Made by a program: the position numbers and the translations under genes | From: an uncultured Eubacteriales bacterium | GTDB taxonomy: Bacteria > Acidobacteriota > Aminicenantia > Aminicenantales > Aminicenantaceae | DNA length: 64,000 nucleotides | Assembly (NCBI GenBank): GCA_964557845.1 | Contig: CAZLBV010000215.1 | Location: forward strand, 3,582 to 67,581 | Direction of reading: 5' to 3' | In this document: piece after piece, positions 9,618 through 19,186 of the stretch | Layout of the letters: every line of letters begins with the position of its first letter | Position numbering within the stretch: the first letter of the stretch is position 1 | Notes under the pieces: model-generated | Told to the model about the DNA's origin: nothing | The model's database searches: none | The model's input: only the letters and a program-made list of their open reading frames with translations

Positions 9618-9812
9618 TTGAGAAAAAGATTTATATTAAGTCAAATACAGGTCATATCTTGACTTGTTAGAAATGGGATTCTATACTTGCGTGTATTCCA
9701 CGACGTGTAATTAATGTGGGAGAAGATGAATTAGGATAGATCAAAACTGAAATATCATGTTGAAAATATATTATTTCAGGATTTCTTTTCGTCTCGTCAA
9801 GGAGATTAATAA

Positions 9813-10025
9813 ATGGGAACAGCAAACTTATTAGTAATATGTTTATTAGCGATTTTCTGGGTTTTTACCATTTTAGCTGTTTTGGCTCTCCTGATGAGAT
9901 TGATCATCCTGGTCTTTCCTGAAAAAAGGGGGAAAATAGATGGGGCTATAATTTCAGCGATAACGGCAGCGGCTTTTTCCGTATTTCCTGGACTGAAAAT
10001 TACGAAGATAGAGGAGAAAAAATGA
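9813..10025 (+). CDS. oadG: oxaloacetate decarboxylase gamma subunit (OadG family)
   Basis: 70 aa with a single N-terminal transmembrane helix. It directly precedes oadA and overlaps it by 4 nt. Confidence 0.65.
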   Translation: MGTANLLVICLLAIFWVFTILAVLALLMRLIILVFPEKRGKIDGAIISAITAAAFSVFPGLKITKIEEKK

Positions 10026-11878
10026 TATTCACCAAGACAGAAAAAACCATTCGTGTAATGTTCATGCCTTTTCGGGATGGCCTGCAGAGTTCATTTGGAG
10101 GAAAGGTCCGCCTTGCAGATATCCTGCCGGCCATGCAGGCTTCTGCTGAAGCCGGGATACATCATTTTGAGTTTGGTGGGGGCGCTCGCTTTCAAGCTCC
10201 TCTTTTTTATTTAGGAGAAAATCCATTTGAAGATATGAGGAAGATGCGTGAAGTGGTAGGTCCTGATGTCGATCTTCAAATCCTGACACGTTCAGTTTCA
10301 GGTGTTACTCTTACTACTCAGTCTCCTGAGACACTGAGGATGCAGGCAGAGTTAATGAAAAACGCCGGGACCACTTGGGACCGTAATTTTGACTATATGA
10401 ATGATGTAAGAAATCTGATTAATACAGGCCGTCCTATTGTTGAATCCGGAATGCATCATCAAGTTGCCATCGCATTGATGGGGATGCCTTTTCATTCGGA
10501 TAAGGTTCATACCGCGGATTTTTACATAAATATTGGAAAACAGTTGCTTGACAGTGATCTACATATTGACAGTATTTGTTTAAAGGATGCCAGCGGCACA
10601 ACTGATCCTAAGACCATATACGATACTGCAGTTGGCCTAAAAAAACTAATGCCGCCTGAGATGATATTGTGGATGCACACCCATGACACAGCCAGCATGG
10701 CAGTCGCCTGTTATATGGCGGCGGTTGCCGGAGGGGCTGATGGGATTGATCTGTCAGTGCGGCCGATGGCAAGTGGAACAGTTCAGCCTGATGTACGGTC
10801 CATGGCTCACGCGTTAAAGGGGACCGGATACAAACTGGATGTAGATCCCTCAAAAATGAATGAAATAGAGAATATGCTCAGTGAATTGATGAAAGATTAT
10901 GACTTTAATCCTACCACAACTACACCCGACGCCCGCGTTTTAGGGTTTCCTATGCCGGGTGGTGCTATCGGGCCCAATGTTCATATGATGGTTAAAGCCG
11001 GGATCCTGGATAAATACAGTGATGTCTTAGCAGAGTTCCCAGTTGTAGTGGAAGCAGGTGGGGCCTGGACTAGCGTAACCCCAGGCAGTCAGCAGTACTG
11101 GCTGCAGGCTTTTAATAATGTTCTTTACGGAAGATGGAAGAAGATCGATGCCGGTTATGGAAAAGCTGTGCTGGGTTATTTTGGGAAAACTCCCCTTCCT
11201 CCTGATCCAGAAGTCGTCAAGATTGCCTCAGAACTATTGGAGATGCCTGTTTTTGAAGGTGATCCTTTAGAGGCTGCGCCTAAGAATATCGAACCGGCAA
11301 AAAAAGCTTTGGAGGAAAGAAATATACCGGTCACGGATGAGAATATATTTTTGGTGATGGCTGCGATGGTTCCCGGAAAGAAAATGGAGCTTAATGAGGG
11401 AATTCGGCTTTTGACTGGAAAGGCCAAGATAGATATTCCGCTTAAAGAAAAAGAGGAACCAAAAGCTGAAACTCAGCCTCCTGCTCCTTCTACAGCAGTT
11501 CAACCGATCACAAGTGGTCCGGTAACATCACGTTGCACTGTTACGGAGAATAATATTTCCCGTGTGTTTACAGTGATACTGGAACCAATTAACGCCCCTC
11601 AGACTAATCAGGCAACTTCTGTGTCTCCTTCTCCCAATGAATCTTTGGATACAGTGGCTGGAACCTCTGTTTATTCCACCTTTGCTGGTACCGTAGAAGT
11701 TGTTGATATTAAAGTCAAAATAGGTGATGCGGTAACCAAAGGCCAGGTGGTGGCTAATGTGGAAGCCATGAAGGCTACCCATGACATTGTGGCTCCCAAA
11801 GATGGAAAAGTTACGGCCATACATGTGAAAGTCGGGGATGAGGTAGATTCCACCAAACCCATCCTGACTCTTTCATAA
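10022..11878 (+). CDS. oadA: oxaloacetate decarboxylase alpha subunit (carboxyltransferase + C-terminal biotinyl domain)
   Basis: 618 aa. The N-terminus is a TIM-barrel carboxyltransferase (FRDGLQS). A Pro/Ala/Thr-rich linker connects to a C-terminal biotinyl domain (VEAMKATHDIVAPKDGKV). Confidence 0.85.
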   Translation: MIFTKTEKTIRVMFMPFRDGLQSSFGGKVRLADILPAMQASAEAGIHHFEFGGGARFQAPLFYLGENPFEDMRKMREVVGPDVDLQILTRSVSGVTLTTQSPETLRMQAELMKNAGTTWDRNFDYMNDVRNLINTGRPIVESGMHHQVAIALMGMPFHSDKVHTADFYINIGKQLLDSDLHIDSICLKDASGTTDPKTIYDTAVGLKKLMPPEMILWMHTHDTASMAVACYMAAVAGGADGIDLSVRPMASGTVQPDVRSMAHALKGTGYKLDVDPSKMNEIENMLSELMKDYDFNPTTTTPDARVLGFPMPGGAIGPNVHMMVKAGILDKYSDVLAEFPVVVEAGGAWTSVTPGSQQYWLQAFNNVLYGRWKKIDAGYGKAVLGYFGKTPLPPDPEVVKIASELLEMPVFEGDPLEAAPKNIEPAKKALEERNIPVTDENIFLVMAAMVPGKKMELNEGIRLLTGKAKIDIPLKEKEEPKAETQPPAPSTAVQPITSGPVTSRCTVTENNISRVFTVILEPINAPQTNQATSVSPSPNESLDTVAGTSVYSTFAGTVEVVDIKVKIGDAVTKGQVVANVEAMKATHDIVAPKDGKVTAIHVKVGDEVDSTKPILTLS

Positions 11879-11890
11879 AGGGCTGCGATC

Positions 11891-13018
11891 ATGAATGCCG
11901 TCGCTAAACTATTACAGCAGTCGGGATTTGCCAATCTTAGTTGGGGAAATTGGGTTATGTATCTGGTGGGAGGAATTCTTATCTATTTAGCCATAACCAA
12001 AAAATATGAACCGTTACTTTTAATCCCCATTGGTTTCGGGACGGTTCTAGCCAATCTTCCTTTAGCTGAAATGGGTGCTTATGATGATGGTATTATAGCC
12101 CTTATTTACAATCAGGGTATACGGACAGAATTGCTTCCGCCTATAATCTTTTTGGGAGTGGGCGTGCTGACGGATTTCCGGCCTTTATTAGGAAGACCTT
12201 TAACCTTTCTTTTAGGAGCATCGGCTCAATTAGGTATTTTTGTGGCTGCCCTGGGAGCTGCTTATCTTCTTGATTTTAACTTCAAGGAAGCGGCCTCCAT
12301 TGGAATTATCGGTGGAGCAGACGGCCCTACATCAATTTTTCTCTCGAGCCAGCTAGCACCTCATCTCCTTGGACCTATTGCCGTAGCCGCTTACAGCTAT
12401 ATGTCTTTGGTGCCTATTATCCAGCCTCCCATAATCCGCATACTTACGACCAGAAAAGAGCGGGAGATCGATATGCCCCAGGCTATTCCAGTATCCAAGA
12501 CTGCGGTCATTTTATTCCCAATCATTACCGGGATTGTAGCTTCCCTGGCCATTCCTTCCAGTGCGCCTCTGATCGGAATGTTGATGTTTGGTAATCTTAT
12601 ACGGGAGTGCGGAGTTACCGAACGCCTGAAAAAAACTGCCGGTGGAGCCTTGATCGATATAGTGACTATTTTTTTGGGAATCGCAGTGGGAGCAACTATG
12701 GATGCCGGCCATTTTTTAAATCTCAAGACTCTTTATATACTTTTATTAGGCGCTATTGCATTTTCCTTCAGTACAGCAGGGGGAGTGGTTTTCGCGAAAA
12801 TAATCAATATCTTTTTAACCAAAGACAAAAAGATCAATCCCTGCATTGGTGCAGCCGGGGTGTCGGCTGTCCCCATGGCTGCCCGGGTTGTGCAGCAGTT
12901 TGTTTCAAAACATACAGATGGGAAAGTTAACCCTTTGATGCCTGCTATGGGACCGAATGTAGCCGGGGTTATCGGATCAGCCATAGCTGCAGGAGTTTTT
13001 CTCACATTTCTTGGCTAA
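11891..13018 (+). CDS. oadB: Na+-translocating oxaloacetate decarboxylase beta subunit
   Basis: 375-aa polytopic membrane protein with the characteristic OadB/GcdB N-terminus (NLSWGNWVMYLVGGILIYLAI) and conserved motifs. Confidence 0.85.
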   Translation: MNAVAKLLQQSGFANLSWGNWVMYLVGGILIYLAITKKYEPLLLIPIGFGTVLANLPLAEMGAYDDGIIALIYNQGIRTELLPPIIFLGVGVLTDFRPLLGRPLTFLLGASAQLGIFVAALGAAYLLDFNFKEAASIGIIGGADGPTSIFLSSQLAPHLLGPIAVAAYSYMSLVPIIQPPIIRILTTRKEREIDMPQAIPVSKTAVILFPIITGIVASLAIPSSAPLIGMLMFGNLIRECGVTERLKKTAGGALIDIVTIFLGIAVGATMDAGHFLNLKTLYILLLGAIAFSFSTAGGVVFAKIINIFLTKDKKINPCIGAAGVSAVPMAARVVQQFVSKHTDGKVNPLMPAMGPNVAGVIGSAIAAGVFLTFLG

Positions 13019-13140
13019 AATTCTGGTGATGTCACCAGAACAAGAGGGATTCTTAATAATTTTTAACCATTCTATCTTTATAATATATTAATATATAGTA
13101 CAATAATAAAGAGCTAAAAATTAAAAAGAGGAAGGAAGGC

Positions 13141-13566
13141 ATGAAAAAATTTTGGCGCTGTCATGTGTGCAATGACATTCATTATGGAGTAAGGCCGCCT
13201 GAGATCTGCCCGACCTGTATGGTAAAAGATGCTTATGTTGAAATATCTTCCCAGGAAGCGAAAAAGATAATAGGCCCGGCTGAAACAACTTTAGACAAGG
13301 GGAAATTCAGGGCTGCTATAGAACAGCTTTCTGAAAAAAGAGAATTCCAAGTCAATCCCGACAATGAAAAGGTTACTCAACTGATTGAAGGAGTCTTTAG
13401 TAATGAGAAAAATCAAGAATTAAAATATTGTCCCTGCAGAATGATCGAAAAGGATTTTGAAAAGGATCTTCAGTTGATCTGCCCGTGCAATTTTCTTATC
13501 CATGAAACCTATAAAAATAAAGATGAGGGGGAATGCTGGTGTGGCTTATTTAAAAAAAGGAGTTAA
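13141..13566 (+). CDS. ferredoxin:disulfide reductase-like protein: rubredoxin-like domain fused to a ferredoxin-thioredoxin-reductase catalytic-subunit-like domain
   Basis: 141 aa. The N-terminus is a rubredoxin-like zinc ribbon (WRCHVCNDIHYG...EICPTC). The C-terminus carries FTR catalytic-chain cysteine pairs (YCPCR...ICPC...ECWCGLF), with Trp where FTR has His in the CHC motif. Confidence 0.65.
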   Translation: MKKFWRCHVCNDIHYGVRPPEICPTCMVKDAYVEISSQEAKKIIGPAETTLDKGKFRAAIEQLSEKREFQVNPDNEKVTQLIEGVFSNEKNQELKYCPCRMIEKDFEKDLQLICPCNFLIHETYKNKDEGECWCGLFKKRS

Positions 13567-13568
13567 AT

Positions 13569-13847
13569 ATGAGTACATTGATCATGTTTCATGGTAAGGA
13601 GTGTCCCCACTGCGCAAAAATGAGGCCGTTAGTCGATAAATTGGACAAAGAGGAAGGCATAAAGATAGAAAAATTAGAAGTATGGCACGACGAAAAAAAT
13701 GCGGATAAGATGCGTTCCTATCGAGATGTTATAACCGCAAAATGCGGGGGTCAGCTTAGGGTCCCGACTTTTTTAAATACGGAAACCAATGATGTTTTCT
13801 GTGGTGAAGTCGAATATGACGAGCTGAAAGCCTGGGCCAAAAAATAA
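13569..13847 (+). CDS. small thioredoxin/glutaredoxin-fold protein with a CPHC active site
   Basis: 92 aa with HGKECPHCAKMRP near the N-terminus, typical of a Trx-fold redox site. Its start is 3 nt after the FDR-like stop, so the two are translationally coupled. Confidence 0.7.
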   Translation: MSTLIMFHGKECPHCAKMRPLVDKLDKEEGIKIEKLEVWHDEKNADKMRSYRDVITAKCGGQLRVPTFLNTETNDVFCGEVEYDELKAWAKK

Positions 13848-13896
13848 AGATTTTTGGCAGGGATCTTCAGATAAATTAAGTTCTGGAGGAAATTTT

Positions 13897-14967
13897 ATGC
13901 CTGTTTCACATGAGACTAAAAATATGTTTCGGATCATGGATGATGAAGGCAGGGTAATCGAAAAAAAGGATCCCGAACTATCAAAATCCCAGCTTGAAAA
14001 TATTTACCTCTATATGATTACAACCAGGCTGGTTGATGTTAAGTCTCTGAAACTTCAACGTCAAGGGCGGCTTGGTACCTTTGCTCAAAGCCTGGGGCAT
14101 GAGGCCTGTCAGGTGGGATCAGCCTTGGCCCTTACGAAGGAAGATTGGTTTTTTCCCTATTTCCGTGACCTGGGCGCTTACGTTACTTTAGGGCTGCCGC
14201 TTGACTTATATTTTGTTTACTGGATGGGTAATGAGAGGGGTATGTCGATACCACCAGAATTAAATATATTTCCTCTTGCTGTGCCGGTGGCTTCTCAAAT
14301 CCCCCATGCTGTGGGTGCTGCCATGGCAGCTAAAATAAAAGGTGATAAGCGTGTATTTTTAACCACGTTTGGAGATGGCGCCACCTCAGAGGGAGATTTT
14401 CATGAAGCTTTGAATTTTGCCGGTGTTTATAAAACTCCTAATGTGTTTGTATGCTTTAACAATCAGTACGCCATTTCCCTTCCCAGAGACAAACAGACCG
14501 CTTCGAAAACCCTGGCAGAAAAAGCTGAGGCATACGGTTTTTCAGGCCGATTAGTCGATGGAAACGATGTGTTGGCTGTGTATGTTTCCACCAAACAAGC
14601 ATTGGACAAGGCTAGAAAAGGCGGAGGACCTTCGATGATCGAAGCCTTTACATACAGGATGAGCGACCATACAACTTCTGATGATGCCACCAAATACCGC
14701 TCAGAAAAGGAAACCAAAATATGGGAAAAAAGAGACCCGGTTTTAAGATTTAAAAAGTATCTTCAAAACAAAAAAATATGGAACAACCAATTTGAGGAAA
14801 GGATAACCAGAAAAGCAAATGAAAACATAGAAAAAGCAGTAAAACAGGCAGAAGCGATGCCTCAGCCCAAAATAGAAGATCTGTTTGAATATACCTATAA
14901 AGCAATGCCTTCCCACCTGAAAGAGCAGTTGAATGAGCTTAAGATATTCCTAAAGGAGAAAAAGTGA
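13897..14967 (+). CDS. 2-oxoacid (pyruvate/branched-chain) dehydrogenase E1 component, alpha subunit (TPP-binding)
   Basis: 356 aa with the TPP-binding region GDGATSEGDFHEALNFAG and phosphorylation-loop-like YRMSDHTTSDD. Confidence 0.85.
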   Translation: MPVSHETKNMFRIMDDEGRVIEKKDPELSKSQLENIYLYMITTRLVDVKSLKLQRQGRLGTFAQSLGHEACQVGSALALTKEDWFFPYFRDLGAYVTLGLPLDLYFVYWMGNERGMSIPPELNIFPLAVPVASQIPHAVGAAMAAKIKGDKRVFLTTFGDGATSEGDFHEALNFAGVYKTPNVFVCFNNQYAISLPRDKQTASKTLAEKAEAYGFSGRLVDGNDVLAVYVSTKQALDKARKGGGPSMIEAFTYRMSDHTTSDDATKYRSEKETKIWEKRDPVLRFKKYLQNKKIWNNQFEERITRKANENIEKAVKQAEAMPQPKIEDLFEYTYKAMPSHLKEQLNELKIFLKEKK

Positions 14968-15941
14968 TGAAGTTGAATATGGTACAGGCTTTAAATCTGA
15001 CCCTTGTAGAGGAGATGGAGAAGAATTCCGATGTTGTGATATTAGGCGAAGATGTGGGGATTGATGGAGGGGTTTTCCGGGTTACAGATGGCTTGATAGA
15101 AAAATTTGGTCCTGAAAGAGTCATAGATACTCCTTTGGCTGAATCGGCCATGATCGGGGCTGCTATTGGAATGGCGGCATATGGCCTGCGGCCGATTGCC
15201 GAGATTCAATTTATGGGATTTGTATATGAAGCTTATCATCAAATAGTGGATCATGCTGCCCGGTTGAGAAACCGTACCAGAGGAAGATATTTTGTGCCCA
15301 TGGTGATCAGGATGCCCTATGGAGCCGGAGTTAAAGCCCTCGAACATCATTCGGAAAGTACGGAAGCGATTTTCTGTCACATTCCCGGCCTGAAGGTGGT
15401 AGTGCCTGCAACACCCCATGATGCACGAGGCCTTTTAATCTCAGCTGTCCGGGATGATGATCCGGTCATATTCCTTGAACCCAAAAGGCTTTACCGAGCC
15501 GGAAAACAGGAAATTCCTGATGAGCCAGAAGAGATTCCATTGGGTAAAGCCAAAATCCAAAGGGAAGGTGAGGATATTACTATAATTGTATGGGGCGCCA
15601 TGGTGCCGGTTGCGGAAGCTGCTGCTGAACAGGTAGAAAAAAAGGGTATTTTTCCCGAGGTCATAGATCTTCGGACACTAAGCCCCATGGATTCAGCCGC
15701 CGTAGTGGATTCAGTGAAAAAGACCGGCAGAGCTCTAATCGTCCATGAAGCCCCGCGAACCTGTGGTCTGGGTGCAGAGATCGCCGCACTTATCGGCGAA
15801 AAGGCGCTCCTTCATTTGAAGGCCCCGGTACTGAGGGTTACTGGTCAGGATATCACAGTTCCTCTGGCTAAAAGTGAACACTATTATTATCCCTCTCCTG
15901 AGAGGGTGATTTTTGCTATAAACAAGATCATGGAGTGGTAA
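14967..15941 (+). CDS. 2-oxoacid dehydrogenase E1 component, beta subunit
   Basis: About 324 aa (VILGEDVGIDGGVFRVT..., transketolase-like pyrimidine and C-terminal domains). ATG at 14967 overlaps the E1-alpha stop (GTGATGA) and has AGGAGA 7 nt upstream. Confidence 0.85.
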   Translation: MKLNMVQALNLTLVEEMEKNSDVVILGEDVGIDGGVFRVTDGLIEKFGPERVIDTPLAESAMIGAAIGMAAYGLRPIAEIQFMGFVYEAYHQIVDHAARLRNRTRGRYFVPMVIRMPYGAGVKALEHHSESTEAIFCHIPGLKVVVPATPHDARGLLISAVRDDDPVIFLEPKRLYRAGKQEIPDEPEEIPLGKAKIQREGEDITIIVWGAMVPVAEAAAEQVEKKGIFPEVIDLRTLSPMDSAAVVDSVKKTGRALIVHEAPRTCGLGAEIAALIGEKALLHLKAPVLRVTGQDITVPLAKSEHYYYPSPERVIFAINKIMEW

Positions 15942-15942
15942 C

Positions 15943-17181
15943 ATGGCAAAGCAATTTAAATTTCCGGATGTTGGGGAAGGTATAACCGAGGGAGAAATTG
16001 TAAAATGGCGGGTAAAAGAAGGTGATGAGGTCGAGGAAGATCAGACTTTGGCCGATATAGAAACAGACAAAGCGGTAGTTGAAGTTCCATCTCCCTATTC
16101 TGGTACAGTACTCAAGCTTCATTTTAAAGAGGATGATATTGTGAAAGTGGGAGAACCTCTGGTAACCATAGGTGAGAAAGGGGAAGATCCGGAAAAGGTT
16201 ACAACAGAAGAGATTCCTGAGGAGGAAGAGACCACAGCGCCTTCGGTTGTTGGCGATATAAAGGAAAGCAAAAGAGAGATCATCGATATCCTGGCTACTC
16301 CAAAAGTGAGAAAACTGGCCCTGGATTTAAAAGTCGATATCAAGGATGTACACGGCACAGGAAAATACGAGAGGATAACCGAAGAAGACGTTAAAAAGGC
16401 GGCCGCTGGTGAAAAAAAGAAATCACCAGATAAACCTGCGGTTAAAATTAAGTCAAATTATGATTTTTACGGGACTCTGAAAAGGATCCCCCTGCGAGGG
16501 GTGAGGAGGGCAACTGCCAAAAAAATGGCGGAATCTGTCTCTCATGCCGCCCATGTAACTCACTGTGATGAAGCAAATGCAGAAAAGTTGGTGCATATCA
16601 GGGAAACGATGAAATCGGAAGCAGAGAAAGAGAATATTAAATTAACCTACCTTCCTTTTATAGTTAAAGCTTTAATAGCTGCTCTTAAAAAACACCCTGT
16701 TTTAAATGCGACACTGGAAGAAGATACCGAAGAGATCGTGATCAAGCAATACTACAATATTGGTATAGCAGTGGATGTTCCTGAGGGACTCATTGTTCCG
16801 GTAATTAAATATGCGGAACAAAAAGACCTATTCGCTTTGGCAGAGGAGATTCAACAACTGGCTGAGAATGCCAAGGCCAGAACATTGGATCTGGCAGATT
16901 TAAAGGGAGGGACCTTTTCCATAACCAATGTCGGTTTACTGGGAGGGGAATTCGCTACGCCGATTATAAACTATCCTGAGGTCGCGATCCTGGCTACTAT
17001 GAAAATAGCGGACAGAGTCCGGATGGTTGATGGTGAGATAAAGATCGTAAAAACACTGCCCCTCTGTCTATCCTTTGACCATAGGGTGATAGACGGAGCT
17101 GAAGCAGCCCGGTTCATGAATGATCTTATTCAGCTTTTGGAGGATCCGAATCAGATCTTGAAGGGAGAAGAACGTTCTTAA
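15943..17181 (+). CDS. 2-oxoacid dehydrogenase E2 component, dihydrolipoamide acyltransferase
   Basis: 412 aa. It has an N-terminal lipoyl domain (IETDKAVVEVPSPYSG), an E3-binding segment, and a C-terminal catalytic domain with DHRVIDGA. Confidence 0.9.
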   Translation: MAKQFKFPDVGEGITEGEIVKWRVKEGDEVEEDQTLADIETDKAVVEVPSPYSGTVLKLHFKEDDIVKVGEPLVTIGEKGEDPEKVTTEEIPEEEETTAPSVVGDIKESKREIIDILATPKVRKLALDLKVDIKDVHGTGKYERITEEDVKKAAAGEKKKSPDKPAVKIKSNYDFYGTLKRIPLRGVRRATAKKMAESVSHAAHVTHCDEANAEKLVHIRETMKSEAEKENIKLTYLPFIVKALIAALKKHPVLNATLEEDTEEIVIKQYYNIGIAVDVPEGLIVPVIKYAEQKDLFALAEEIQQLAENAKARTLDLADLKGGTFSITNVGLLGGEFATPIINYPEVAILATMKIADRVRMVDGEIKIVKTLPLCLSFDHRVIDGAEAARFMNDLIQLLEDPNQILKGEERS

Positions 17182-17302
17182 AACAGTCAGTTTGAACCGG
17201 CTGGTATTAATCTATAGATCACCTTAACATGTACCCAATTAATATTAGAATCTCCATTTAATGGGATGTTGTGATCCTTGATATTTCAATATCAAATGGA
17301 CA

Positions 17303-17791
17303 TTGAAAAGGACAAACCGACATGATAATATTTCGGCTAAAGAAAATATGTTTTTAAGAAAAAGATACTATTGGATTTTTTATCTCTTGCTCATACTGGG
17401 TATTACATTTATTTTTCTGAGTAATAACTATTTACTAAACAGGACGGTCAGAGAAATATCAATGAGACTGGTCCAGATTGAGATTTTATCAAGTAAAACT
17501 GCTGTGGATTATAAAGTGTCATTTTATAAGGATCACTATGAAGTGAAAGTCTATAACAATATTAATGATCTGTGGGAGATATACACACGAGATTTTTATC
17601 CTAAAGGTATCATTACAGATTCTCTGCCAGTAGAGTTCTACTTTTCAAGAGGAAGATTCAGAGAGTATCAATTTAAAGACAGAAATAGAAAAACTCCTAA
17701 ATCAATGATTCTCTATTTTTCTTATAAGGGGAGTGAAAAGAAAAGAGCGCTTATATTTTTCAAGGATAATGACTGGAAAGTTTTAGGTTAG
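17303..17791 (+). CDS. hypothetical membrane-anchored protein
   Basis: 162-aa ORF with one N-terminal transmembrane helix. I recognise no family. The true start may be the internal Met at 17348. Confidence 0.35.
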   Translation: MKRTNRHDNISAKENMFLRKRYYWIFYLLLILGITFIFLSNNYLLNRTVREISMRLVQIEILSSKTAVDYKVSFYKDHYEVKVYNNINDLWEIYTRDFYPKGIITDSLPVEFYFSRGRFREYQFKDRNRKTPKSMILYFSYKGSEKKRALIFFKDNDWKVLG

Positions 17792-17797
17792 ATTTAC

Positions 17798-19186
17798 ATG
17801 AAAAAACTTTTGTCTTTCGTAGAAAGATCCTGGCCTTTCCTTGTTTTTTTAGTATTTACTATCGGGATCCGCATTTTTTCCTATTCTATTATGCAGCCTG
17901 TTGTCCATACGGATACTATCAGTTATCTTTTTATTCAGGAATTGGATTCAGTTAGAACACCAGGATACCCTCTTTTTCTTGAGATTTTCTTTTCTTTAAA
18001 TGATCTTTTTTTTCTGACTGTTGATTATTTTGATCTAATATGCTTCGCGCAAATATTTTTCCTTGGATTCCTTAACTCCCTTCTTATATACAAGATCACA
18101 GAGGCTTTAACAGCGAATAGAATATTTTCAATGCTGATGGGTATTATTTATAATTTTAACTTTTTTGTCGTAAGCTTTGAATATCAAATCCTAACTGAAT
18201 CTCTTTCCATTACACTTATTTTAGCGGGGATACTCTTCTATATAAGTATCCATAAAGCCAAAAAAAGCTCGGCAGTTTTAGCAGGGATTATTTTCGTTTT
18301 GCTTATATACACGAGGCCTGGTTTTCTTCTTTTAGGTTTTGCACTTCCGGTGCTGACCTTTTTGGGATTTATGCCCCGCTCCAAGGAAAAGAAATTCTGG
18401 AAGGATCTTGGTCCTTTCCTTGTTATTTTTCTTTTAATAAATATCCTTGGTATCGGTGCTTGGTCCATGCGCAATCAGATCAAATATGATTATTTCGGCA
18501 TGTCAAGTCTTATGCCTTTTAACCTAAGGTGGTATACCAATACTCTTATCCATAAATATAGACCGCGTGGTGATGAAAAATTGAACAAGATAGCCGCTGT
18601 CTATGCGGAAGAATACGAGAAAACAGCTTCTTCTTCTGTGACATTTTATAATTTTCAGAAAAGGGTGAGTGAAGAGATGGGCCTTACAGAAACAGAAATA
18701 TCTAAAGCCCTTTTAAAAATAAATATCCACTTGATTATGGATTATCCAGGAGAATATTTTGAACAGGTGCCTGGGTCCATGGTAAATTATTACCAACAAT
18801 ATTCACCGTTGTGGGCAGGTGGAAATACCAAGAAATTTATTCTAAGTAAAAATCTGTTCTCAAAAATCTTTAAATTCTTTTTCTTCATTTATCAAAAATT
18901 ATTCACCAGCACTTTGTTTCTGATTATTCTTGTGGCTGCCGCCCCAATCATAGTTCTTATGCTCACGTTTAAAAACAAGCCGGTCTTTCATGGATGGGTG
19001 ATTATTGAGACATTTATACTTTATAATTGTATTGTTTCTGTTTTTTCCACGAATGCAGGTGTCAATAATCTTAGGTATAGAGCGCCGGTTGAGCCTTTGA
19101 TCCTTTTGGTTTTATATGCTGCGATTTTTTATCTTTTTATGAGGATCAGGGAATCTGGAGTTTTTTTATCCCGGCATTCTTCTTGA
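17798..19186 (+). CDS. polytopic membrane protein, possibly a GT-C-fold glycosyltransferase (ArnT/PMT-like)
   Basis: 462 aa with at least 10 predicted transmembrane helices and an RTPGYPLFL motif in the first loop, as in GT-C enzymes. Family assignment is tentative. Confidence 0.4.
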   Translation: MKKLLSFVERSWPFLVFLVFTIGIRIFSYSIMQPVVHTDTISYLFIQELDSVRTPGYPLFLEIFFSLNDLFFLTVDYFDLICFAQIFFLGFLNSLLIYKITEALTANRIFSMLMGIIYNFNFFVVSFEYQILTESLSITLILAGILFYISIHKAKKSSAVLAGIIFVLLIYTRPGFLLLGFALPVLTFLGFMPRSKEKKFWKDLGPFLVIFLLINILGIGAWSMRNQIKYDYFGMSSLMPFNLRWYTNTLIHKYRPRGDEKLNKIAAVYAEEYEKTASSSVTFYNFQKRVSEEMGLTETEISKALLKINIHLIMDYPGEYFEQVPGSMVNYYQQYSPLWAGGNTKKFILSKNLFSKIFKFFFFIYQKLFTSTLFLIILVAAAPIIVLMLTFKNKPVFHGWVIIETFILYNCIVSVFSTNAGVNNLRYRAPVEPLILLVLYAAIFYLFMRIRESGVFLSRHSS

